From contig NW_021833665.1 of the NCBI RefSeq assembly GCF_006345805.1, positions 1 to 64,000 of the forward strand: a stretch of DNA of 64,000 bases. Reading direction: 5' to 3'. Positions 29,301 to 39,567 of this stretch are shown here, piece after piece; position 1 is the first letter of the stretch; every line of letters starts with the position of its first letter. The position numbers were made by a program, and so were the translations under genes. The DNA is from Octopus sinensis. Taxonomy: Eukaryota. Below the pieces are notes generated by a model. That model did no database searches, was not told the DNA's origin, and was given only the letters and a program-made list of their open reading frames with translations.

Positions 29301-32300
29301 AATAATGTTAAATGACGGTACCTGACATGACGTTAAATGACGTGAAATGATGTTAAATGACATGACGTTATATGACTTTGAATGATGTTAAATGACGTTA
29401 TATAACAATGTTAAATGACATGCTCTTAAATGACGTTAAATGATGTTAAATGACATAACGTTATACGACGATAAATGACATGAGGTTAAATTACCTTAAA
29501 TGACATGACGTAAAATGTCGATCAATGACATGACGGTAAATTTCGTTAAATGACATGACGTTAAATGATGTTAAATGTCATCACGTTAAATGACATGACG
29601 TTAAATGACCTTCAATGACATGACAATAAATAATGTTAAATGACTTTTAATGACATGATGTTCAATGAGATTAAATGACATGACATTAACTGACGTTAAA
29701 TGACGTTAAATGACATGACGTTAAATGACATGACGTAAAATGACAGTAAATGATATGACGTTAAATCTCGGTAAATGACATGAAGTTACATTACTGTAAA
29801 TGACATGACGCTAAATGATATCACGTTAAATCACGGTAACTGACATGACGTTAAATGACATTAAATGACATGATGTTAAGTGCCGTTAAATGACGTTAAA
29901 TGTAATGACGTGAAAAGATGTTAAATGACATGACGTATAATGGCGGGCCGTGAAATGACGTTAAATGATATGACTTTAAATAATGCTAAATGACATGACG
30001 TTAAATGACATTAAATGATGTTAATTGACATGGCGTTTAATGACGTTAAATGACAGGACGTTAAATGAAGTTAAGTGACATGACGTTAAATGACTTTAAA
30101 TGACATCACGTTAAATGACGTGAAATGACGTTAAATGATGGTAAATGACATGAAGCTAAATGTCGTTAAGTGACATTATGTTAAATGACGTAAAATGACA
30201 TGACATTTAATGACATGACGTTAAATGACATTAAATGACGTTAAATGGCGTTAAATGACATGACGTTATATGACATGACGTTAAATGACATGACGTAAAA
30301 TGACTGTAAATTACATGACGTTGAATGACGTTCAATGACATGACGTTAAATCACGGTAACCGACACGACATTAAATGACATGATGTTAAGTGACGTTAAA
30401 TGATGTTAAATGTCATGACGTGGAAAGATGTTAAATGACATGAAGTTAAATGACGTTAAATGAGATGAGGTTTAATGACGTTAAATGACTTTAAATGACA
30501 TGATGTTAAATGACGTTTAATGACGTGAGTTTAAATGACGGTAAATGACGTGACTTTAAATGACAAGACGTTAAATGACGTGAAATGACGTTAAATGAAG
30601 TTATATGACATGACGTTAAATGACGTTAAATGACATGATATTAAATGACGTTTAATGACATGACGTTAAATGACGTTAAATGATATGACGTTATATGACG
30701 TTAAATCAAGGTAAATGACACGACGTTCAATGACGTGAAAAGACGTTAAATGACATGACGTTAAATGACGTGAAATGACGACGTTTAATAATGCTAAATG
30801 ACATGACGTTAAATGACATTAATTGATGTTAATTGATATTGGCGTTAAATGACGTTGAATGACTGACTTTAAATGACGTTAAGTGACATCACGTTAAATG
30901 ACATCACGTTAAATGACATCACGTTAAATGATGTTAAATGACGTGATGTAAAATGACATTAAATAGCGGTAAATGACATGAAGTTAAATGTTGTTAAATG
31001 ACATGACGTTAAATGACGTTAAATGACATGACGTTAAATGATGTTAAAAACGTTATACTACGTTAACTGGCATGACGTCAAATGACGTTAAATGACATGA
31101 CGTTATATGACGTTAAATGATGTTAAATGCCGTTATATAACATGACGTTAATTGACGTTAAATTACGTTAAATAATGTTAAATGTCATGTCGTTATATGA
31201 CGTTAAATGGCATGACGGTAAATGATGTTAAATGACATGGCGTGAAATGAGGTTAAATGATGTTAAATGACATTACGTTAAATGACCTTAAATGATATGA
31301 CGTTAAATAACGTTAAATGACGGTAAATGACATGACGTTAAATGATGTTAAACGACATGACGGTAAATGATGTTAACTGACATGACGTAAAATGACGTTA
31401 AATGATGTTAAATGACATGGCGTTAAATGACGATAAATGACATGAGTTAAATGACGTTGAATGACATGACGTTAAATGACGCTAAATGACGGTAAATGAC
31501 ATAACGTTAAATGACGTTAAATGACATGACTTTAAATGACGTTAAATGATATGATGTTAAATGATATGACGTTAAATGACATGACGTTTAATGAAATGAC
31601 GTTAAATGTCATGATATTAAATGACGTTAAATGACATGACATTCAATGACGCTAAATGACATGACAGTAAATGACGTTAAATGATATGACGCTAAATGAC
31701 GTTGAATCACGGTAAATGACATTAAATGTCATGACATTAAATGAAGTTAAATGACGTTAAATGATGTTAAATGATATGGCGTTAAATGACGTTATATGAC
31801 ATGACGTTAAATGGCGTTAAATAACATGATATTAAATGACGTTTAATGACATGACGTCAAATGACGTTAAATGATATGACGTTAAATGACGTTAAATGAC
31901 ATTAAATGACACGACGTTCAATGACGTTCAATGACGTTAAATTACATGACGTGAAAAGATGTTAAATATGTTATATGACGTTAAATTTCGTTCAATGACG
32001 TTAAATGACGTTAATGGACATGACGTTAAATGACATGACGTTAAATTATGTTAAATGACATGACGTTATATGACGTTAAATGATGTTGTATAACATGATG
32101 TTAAATGACATGACGTGAAATTACATTAAATGACATGCCGTTAAATGACGTTAAATAATGTTAAATGACATGACGTTATATGTCGTTAAATGACATGACG
32201 TTAAATGACATGAAGTTAAATGACTTTAAATGACAAGACGTGAAATGACGTTAAATGACATCACGTTAAATGACGTTAAATGACATCATGTTAAATGACG

Positions 32301-32439
32301 TTAAATGACATGACGCTAAATGACGTTAAATGACATGACGGTAAATGATGTTAAATGATATGCCGTTAAATGACGTTAAATGATGTTAAATGACATGGCG
32401 TTAAATGACGATAAATGACGTTAAATGACATCACGTTAA
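5331..32439. repeat. 27.1-kb satellite DNA, monomers TGACGTTAAA (10 bp) and TGACA (5 bp), commonly TGACATGACGTTAAA (15 bp), with higher-order repeats
   Basis: Continuous array from TGTTAAATGACGTCA at 5331 to TCACGTTAA at 32439. Rare marker variants recur at regular long periods. Confidence 0.98.
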
Positions 32440-32824
32440 GAAATTACACTGCAAATACTTTTACTAATGTTTATTAAACGAACCGTCACGTAAACAAATT
32501 CAAAATATTAGAGTTCGCCGGTTAAATATACTAAAATACGGAGTAAAAGCAACCGTTCTGATCATTTTGGCCGCCTTTGGTTTTGCAGTAAATCACTAAA
32601 TCATCCATAACTTTTCTATTATCCTCTGAAATTACACCAAAATCTCAGGCAATAACAAATAATATCGTATTTATTGTCTGTGAAAATTATAGAATATAAA
32701 ACAACTTTTATAAAAAATTATATCTACTTTGCTGACGAAAACAATGCCGTTTTGAACATTTTGGCCGCCACTGTATATACATGCACTAGCACTATTACCT
32801 GGCAACGACGGGTCATAATGCTAG
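32440..32824 (+). mobile_element. Non-autonomous Helitron-like 3' terminal segment adjoining the satellite
   Basis: Ends ACCTGGCAACGACGGGT (GC hairpin, 32797-32813), then 7 nt, then CTAG (32821-32824) followed by T. This is the canonical Helitron 3' signature. CATTTTGGCCGCC occurs twice internally. No 5' TC end was found. Confidence 0.6.
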
Positions 32825-33318
32825 TAGTTAATAATTATCCAGGACAAAAAGCACCTGATCCAAAAGTTATTCCTTCACCCATTTTCACAGTTGGTTATTG
32901 AGTCTACTCTGTTGCAAGTATTTGAACCTAATTTCCAGCTCAGAGATAACTTTCTCCCTTTCTACTACTAGTCAAAGAATCTTTCTTTGCAAAAATATTA
33001 TGGATACTGCTCTTCCTTCTCTGATTAAGCCATTTATTGTATGTAACTTGTTTTATTCCAAATTATTTAACAGATGAAATTTCATTATTATGAATACCAA
33101 TAGATCAAAGTTTTCAATATAGGGAAATAAGTTTCAATTTCTGATCATAATCTTAATGAAAATGTTATATGGGTTTTAATGTAATGAAATTCCTTACAAC
33201 AAATATTTTTAGTAGTATCAAACAAAATTTTAACTTCTAGCTGTTAAAATTTCTTACTTTAACAAAAATATTTTTGAGACAGTGGTCTTGAAAATCAAGT
33301 GTACATACAATATATATT

Positions 33319-33766
33319 ATTTTTTTTCTACTCTAGGCACAAGCCCTGAAATTTTTGGGGAAGGGACCAGTCGATAGGATTGAGCCCAGTACACAAGTGG
33401 TACTTAATTTATTGACCCTAAAAGAATGAAAGGCAAGGTCAACCTTGGCAGAATTTGAACTCAGAACGTAAAGACAGATGAAATACTGCTAAGCATTTCG
33501 CCCGCATGCTAACGTTTCTGCCAGCTCACCATCTTATACAATATATATTATTCTTTTCTATTCTAGGCTTAAGGCCCAAAATTTTGGTGGAGGGAGCCGG
33601 TCAGTTGGATTGACCCCAGTATGAAACTGGTACTTAATTTATTGACCCCAAAAGGATGAAAGGCAAAGTCAACCTCGGTGGAATTTGAACTCAGAACATA
33701 ATGACAAACAAAATACCGCTCAGTATTTCACCTGAAGTGCTAACGTTTCTGCCTGCTCACTGCCTT
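33319..33766 (-). mobile_element. Two tandem tRNA-derived SINEs (Nin-domain-like), 231-bp period
   Basis: Minus strand reads GGCAGAAACGTTAGCA...GAGTTCAAATTC (A/B-box head), then GCCTTTCATCC...AATAAATTAAGTACC central domain. Flanked by ATACAATATAT at 33305, 33536 and 33767. Confidence 0.85.
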
Positions 33767-33900
33767 ATACAATATATTTTATTGGTTAGACAATGTAACA
33801 GCTAGAAGTGAGTGAGGTATAGTATTAAGATGCAATTCCATCAGTTGAGTGCCCTGACTACTAAGTTGTCTATGTTTTCTTAGTATTCTTTATTTCACAG

Positions 33901-34504
33901 ACCAAATCAGAAATTTGGCAAATCCAAAACAAAAGAGTTTGATTTATTTTTTTTTGTTGAAGAGGCACTAAATTAAGCAAATTTCAGTGGTCAGGTCACC
34001 AAAAAATCAGAATTTATTCATGCAGTTATCAAACATAAGTAAGAATGAAACTTCTAGCTGTGGCCAACTGGTTGTTTTTATTGAAGCAATTATTTCTTTC
34101 AAATTTTCCAGTTGTATATTTTATGGATTCAGAAATATTTTCTGCATTAGTAAGAATGGAAGTGTTCCAACTGCAACCAGCATATCTGTTTTCAAATTTA
34201 AATTCAGAGACAATACAAATGAAAAAGAGATATTTTTGCCGACATTTATTAAAGATATAACATCTTTTCATTATCTGAATATGAATAGCCAGACTAATAA
34301 AGGAAAGAAAAGATTTTATTTGCTTATTTTAGCCTTACAAAATTTCTATACAAATATACAAATCTTCAAACTTTATAATATCCATTGTCAAGTAGAAGAT
34401 TTTAACTACACCCACACACCACTTTTTCAAACTAATTTTTATGACTTTGGATTTTATCAACATCCTAACACTCGTAACCCCCTCCCCATCTCAAGAAGAG
34501 CAAG
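33901..34504 (+). other. Candidate 604-nt exon or pseudo-exon with a single in-frame stop
   Basis: Strong acceptor (TTCTTTATTTCACAG|33901) and donor (AAG|GTAAAA, 34505). The frame is open except for TAA at 33969 and contains the 173-aa ORF. No recognisable homology. Confidence 0.25.
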
Positions 34505-35007
34505 GTAAAAGAAAATGTTAGCTTAATTTTATTTGAGTATTTTGTCCTTTCTTCCTACAATCATAAGTTGTTTTAACACAATTCACTTTGCTTTCCATCT
34601 TTTTGTGGGTATTGATGCAAACAACTATACTTCTCAGTTAAATACAATTAGCCATATCACCATCACCACCATTGTTATTTAGTGCCGCTAATGGGTGATG
34701 AGTGGCATCTAGTCACATTATTTATTTGTAGCCTGAGTGAGTAAAATGTCTTGGATAGAGACACATCATATTGTTGGAACTTCATTAGAACCAAACATTC
34801 TGCTAGGATATACATCACCAATAATATGTAACTGCTGCATTCTGACTTGATCACCTGCACTGTGGTCATGATCAGAATGTACAGGTAGAAGAAAACTAAT
34901 AAGGAAGGATGATATAAGCTGATAAAGGTGGAATGGTTGGAATGCTTTCGATCATAGGTCTGCATCCAAAGACCTAACCTGGGCAACAACAATGGCAACA
35001 ACATATT

Positions 35008-35469
35008 CTTTTCTACTCTAGGCACAAGGCCCGAAATTTTTGGGGAGGGGGACAGTTGATTAGATTGACCCCAGTATGCAACTGGTACTTAATTTATTGA
35101 CTCTGAAAGGATGAAAGGCAAAGTCGACCTCAGCAGAATTTGAACTCAGAATGTAAAGACAAAATACTGCTAAGCATTTTGCCCAGCGTGCTAACATTTC
35201 TGCTAGCTTTCCACCTTAATGCCAACAACATATTTCTTTATTGCCTACAGGGGGCTAAACATAGAGGGGATAAACAAGGACAGACAAAGGGTTTTAAGTC
35301 GATTACACCAATCCCAGTGCATAATTGGTACTTATTTAATAGACCCCAGAAGAATGAAAGGCAAAGGCAACCTCAGTGGAATTTGAACTCAGAACGTAAT
35401 GGCAGACAAAATACTGCTAGGCATTTCACCCGGTGTGCTAATTTTTCTGCCAGCTCGCCACCTTAATGA
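35008..35469 (-). mobile_element. Two adjacent tRNA-derived SINEs with the same head but different 3' tails
   Basis: Both have the GAGTTCAAATTC B-box and CTTTCATCC/CTTTCATTC core. Tails differ (...GCCTAGAGTAGAAAAGAAT vs ...CCCCCTGTAGGCAATAAAGAAAT). Flanked by CAACAACATATT at 34996, 35223 and 35470. Confidence 0.85.
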
Positions 35470-35751
35470 CAACAACATATTGCTAATAGAAGATACAATA
35501 GGAGCTAGCAAATGGATCGATACTGTTAAGTTAGCCAGTTTACAATAGTTACTGCAAGATATATTACCCAAACATTTTTGAAGTGAAAAATGTAAAATAT
35601 ATATATTTTAAAATTTTCTTAATGCTTTACAGTTCTTTGAAAGCAGGACTGTTTAAATTTTTATAACACTACATTTATATTCATTTTTAAAAAATATTAA
35701 CACTAATTGTTGTAAATAAAATATTTCTTGATGTCTTTCCCCTCTCTACAG

Positions 35752-35997
35752 TTCTACTTTGCAAAAATCCCTTATGATGCACCCGCTAACCAACCAGAAG
35801 TATCTCTCTATGAAGGACAGTTTGTTACAGTCATTACAAAGAACGATGGAAATGGAAATACTGAATGGTGGGAAGTTGACACAGGTGACAATGTTGGATA
35901 CTGTCCAGCTGTCTGCTTGGAAAAAGCAATCAATTTCATGGAAACTGAAGAAATACTTTTCGGAGATATTACCAATGTAGATACTTTCTATCATTAA
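35752..35997 (+). CDS. Terminal coding exon encoding a C-terminal SH3 domain; Tuba/dynamin-binding protein (DNMBP)/ARHGEF37-38-like RhoGEF
   Basis: Acceptor CTTTCCCCTCTCTACAG|, phase 0. Translation FYFAKIPYDAPANQPEVSLYEGQFVTVITKNDGNGNTEWWEVDTGDNVGYCPAVCLEK is an SH3 fold, and the D-x-x-GNTEWW insert matches my recollection of Tuba-family C-terminal SH3s. Stop TAA at 35995-35997. The SH3 call is firm; the family call is less so. Confidence 0.85.
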   Translation, partial: FYFAKIPYDAPANQPEVSLYEGQFVTVITKNDGNGNTEWWEVDTGDNVGYCPAVCLEKAINFMETEEILFGDITNVDTFYH

Positions 35998-36018
35998 TAG
36001 TAAAATTGTATTTATACT

Positions 36019-36024
36019 AATAAA
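36019..36024 (+). terminator. Putative polyadenylation signal of the SH3 gene
   Basis: AATAAA 22 nt after the stop codon, followed by AT-rich sequence. Confidence 0.45.
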
Positions 36025-36112
36025 ATTATAATTGTTTACATTCATTATTGATATATAATTAATCATATTAAAATTCTCTCACTCTCACACACACATATAT
36101 ATACATATATAT

Positions 36113-36527
36113 ATATGTGTGTGATTGTTGCCAGGGCTGCTGACTGGCTCCTGTGCCGGTGGCATGTAAAAAACACCATTCGAGCATGATCATTACCAGC
36201 ATCGCCTTACTGGCACTTGTACTGGTGGCATGTAAAAGACAACATTTGAGCGAGGTCGTTGCCAGTAACACTGGACTGGCTCCTGTGCAGATGGCACGTA
36301 AAAACACCATTTGAGTATGGTCATTGCTAGTACCACCTGACTGGCCTCATGCACGTAAAAGCACCCACTACACTCTCGGAGTGGTTGGCATTAGGAAGGG
36401 CATCCAGTTGTAGAAACTCTGCCAAATCAGATTGGAGCCTGGTGCAGCCATCTGGCTTGCCAGTCCTCAGTCAAACCGTACAACCCATGCCAGCATGGAA
36501 AGCGGACGTTAAACAATGATGATGATG
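36113..36527 (+). mobile_element. RTE-derived short element (3' end with (GAT)n tail)
   Basis: GGTTGGCATTAGGAAGGGCATCCAGTTGTAGAAAC...GCATGGAAAGCGGACGTTAAACAATGATGATGAT; reverse complement of the family at 1791. Confidence 0.85.
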
Positions 36528-36618
36528 ATATATATATATATATATATACCAATTGGTCCAGGAAACTTGATGGTAAAATGTTTTTATTTTTTCATTTTGT
36601 TCCTATCAAATTTTATCC

Positions 36619-36757
36619 CTAATTTTTGTGGTTATAGAACCTAGCTGTTCTTTCTAGCGTGTTAAATCTCACGAGTGGATTCCTTATGTGTTTAAATGTA
36701 CATTGTATGTTATGACTAATACATAGTCTTTGGACTAAATTTTTACACGTTAGGCCA
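36619..36757 (-). CDS. Candidate terminal exon of an unidentified minus-strand gene (GLTCKNLVQRLCISHNIQCTFKHIRNPLVRFNTLERTARFYNHKN*)
   Basis: Acceptor TTTTCATTTCCAG| with only the phase-2 frame open, stop TAG at 36621-36619, and minus-strand AATAAA at 36588-36583. No family recognised. Confidence 0.4.
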
Positions 36758-37098
36758 CTGGAAATGAAAACTGAGACATTGGAGCTCAGGTGAATCCTGT
36801 CCAACTCATGCCAGCATTGAAAGTGGATGTAAAATAATGATGATGAGTATGTTTAGTGGTATGTTTTATCAAAACACACGTACTAGTATCTTTTCATTTT
36901 TTACCAACGAATTTACTCATGAGGCTTTGATCATCCCAGAGCCATTGTAAAATGTACTTGCTCAAAGTACTGCACAGTGGGACTTAATTCAAAACTAAGT
37001 GATTGTGAATGTCATAATCACACAACCAGTACCTCATGATATGATTATTTATTCAGCTAAAAACTTACAATCTCAGTTTGAAAAGTATAAAGAATAGA

Positions 37099-39076
37099 TC
37101 ATCATCATCATCATCATTTAACGTCCGTATTCCGCGCTAGCACGGGTTGGACGGTTCGACTGGGGTCTGGGAAGCCAGGGTCTGCACCAGGCTCCAGTCT
37201 GATCTGGCAGTGTTTCTACAGCTGGATGCTCTTCCTAACGCCAACCACTCCGTGAGTGTAGTGGGTGCTTATTACGTGCCACCTGCACGGGTGCTTTTTA
37301 TGTGCCACCTGCACGGGTGCTTTTTACGTGCCACTTGCACAGGTGCCAGGGGGGTCTGGCATCGGCCACGATTGGTTGGTGCTTTTAACGTGCCACCGGC
37401 ATGGAAGCCAGCCAAGGTGGCGCTGGCATCGGCCACGTTCGGATGGTGCTTTTTATGTGCCACTGGCACAGAAGCCAGTCGAGGCCATGTTCGGATGGTG
37501 CTTTTTATGTGCCACCGGCACAGGTATCACAACTACTATTTCCATTGATATTTGTTTTGATGTTTATATACATGCACTTGACTCAACAGGTCTCCTCAAG
37601 CACAGCGAGATGTTCTGGGACCCAAGGTACTTTGAATGGGCAGGGGCTATGTGGAACTGGTGCCGGAAGCATCCTGGGTCTTTGCAGTCACAGCACATCT
37701 CCAGAGATCTCGGTCCTTCGCCATTGCCTCAGTGAGGCCCAACGCTCTGAGGTCATGCTTGACTACCTCATCCCATGTCTTCCTGGGTCTACCTCTCCCC
37801 CTGATTCCTTCAACTGTTTGGGAGCGGCACTTCTTCACACATCTCTCCTCATCCATCCACAGTACATGACCATACCATCGCAAGCTTCGCTCTTGCACAC
37901 CACATCTGATGCTTCTTATGTCCAGCATTTCTCTCAGGGTGCTTACACTCTGTCATGCATTCACACTGACATTACACATCCAGCGGATCATGCTAGCTTC
38001 ATTTCTTTCAAGTCTACGCATGTCCTCTACAGTCATGGCCCATGTTTCACTACCGTGAAGCATGGCAGTTCGCACACATGCATCATACAATCTACCTTTC
38101 ACTCTGAGTGAGAGACCCTTTGTCGCCAGTAGGGGTAGGAGTTTTCTAAACTTTGCCCAGGCTATTCGTATTCTAGTGGTGACACTCTCTGAGCATCCAC
38201 CTCCACTACTAACTTGGTCACCCAGGTTGCGGAAACTATCAACTACTTCTAGTTTCTCCCCCTGGAGTGTGATGGAATCTGTTTTCTGAGTATTTGTGGT
38301 GTCTATTGTCCCTGTGCATCTGCCGCACATGAAAGCTATCTTATCAGTTAATTTCCCTTTGATGTTGCTGCACCTCTTATGTGTCCATAGCTTACACTGG
38401 GTGCATCTTATGTAGTTTCTACCTACACCTTTCCTACAGATCGAGCAGGGCCACCTGCCCGATGGGGTGTGTGCTGAGTTCGCCTTTCTGCTTAATATAA
38501 CTTTGGTCTTTGCTACATTTACTCTAAGGCCATTTGATTCTAACCCTTTTTTCCACACCCGAAATTTCTTTTCTAGTTCCGGTAGTGATTCTGCTATGAG
38601 AGCCAGGTCATCAGCATAGAGGAGCTCCCAGGGGCAACCTGTTTTGAATTCCTCTGTTATTGCCTGGAGGACTATGATGAATAAAAGGGGACTGAGGGCT
38701 GAGCCTTGGTGTACACCTACTTCTACCCGGAATTCTTCACTATATTCGTTGCCAATCCTAACCTTGCTGACAGCCTCTCTGTATAGGGCCTGTACAGCCC
38801 TTATTAGCCATTCGTCAATCTCCAGTTTCCGCATCGACCACCAGATAAGGGATCGGGGGACTTTCTCCAAGTCCACAAAAGCTATGTAGAGGGGTTTATC
38901 TTTAGCTAGGTACTTCTCCTGCAGTTGTCGGACCAGGAATATAGCATCAGTGGTGCTTCTACCTGGCACAAAACCGAACTGCATCTCATCTAAGCAAATT
39001 CTCTCCCTAATGAGATGGATTATGACCCTCTCTGTGACCTTCATCACCTGATCCAACAGTTTAATACCCCTGTATT
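37099..39076 (-). mobile_element. 5'-truncated RTE-clade LINE with a largely open RT ORF
   Basis: 367-aa ORF 37953-39056 with QFGFVPGRSTTDAIF, GVHQGSALSPLLF, LLYADDL and TAMLHGSETW. C-terminal GRGRPRKTW ORF at 37647-37928, and a (CAT)n tail at 37099. Confidence 0.95.
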
Positions 39077-39430
39077 TAAAGCAAATGGCTATCTGCCAGT
39101 TTTCAATCTGGATATCTTCTACATCTAGATTGGCAGTTCCATTTCATGAAACCAACTGTGGCTAGTTTTAAGAAGTGGCCGTATCATTAACCTGATTTAG
39201 CCAGTTTAAATGTTATAGGATTAACAACATAGATTTTAATTCAACATAAAGCCACTTTTTGTTATGGCTGTTGATTGAACTGATCTGTAATATATCCTTG
39301 AGATTTATTCTAACTATTACAAGGATGAAAGACAAAGTCAAGCTCTGTAAGATTTGAACTTGGAATTGTGATAACTCTGCCTTTTCTATGAAGTAACAAA
39401 ACCTGTTAATATTCATGTCTTCTGATTTAC

Positions 39431-39567
39431 CTTTCTGGTTCTTCATGCTGAGAATTACCACAAGGCTTATACCAAGACCAGTTGCAAGAATGCAAAGGGA
39501 AATCATAACAGTTCTCATTTCTAACCAAATAAAGGGCTGATTGCCTCTTTTGGTTGTTGTTTCAAGT
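39431..39567 (-). CDS. Candidate internal exon encoding a single transmembrane/signal-anchor segment (LETTTKRGNQPFIWLEMRTVMISLCILATGLGISLVVILSMKNQK)
   Basis: Acceptor TTACTTTATATTCCAG|, donor AAAG|GTAAAT, open frame (phase 2 to phase 1). A hydrophobic stretch of about 21 residues is followed by basic residues. Confidence 0.5.

Noticed and set aside
34675-35025. 116-aa minus ORF and an HSDHDHSAG metallo-hydrolase-like motif in another frame
   Set aside because: The ORF starts in SINE sequence, the motif does not match HxHxDH spacing, and the nearby plus-strand acceptor at 34731 leads to stops in all frames.
39213-39430. C-terminal part of the listed 101-aa ORF 39213-39518
   Set aside because: It lies beyond a strong splice donor and runs through a decayed SINE; only the TM exon portion is retained as a candidate.
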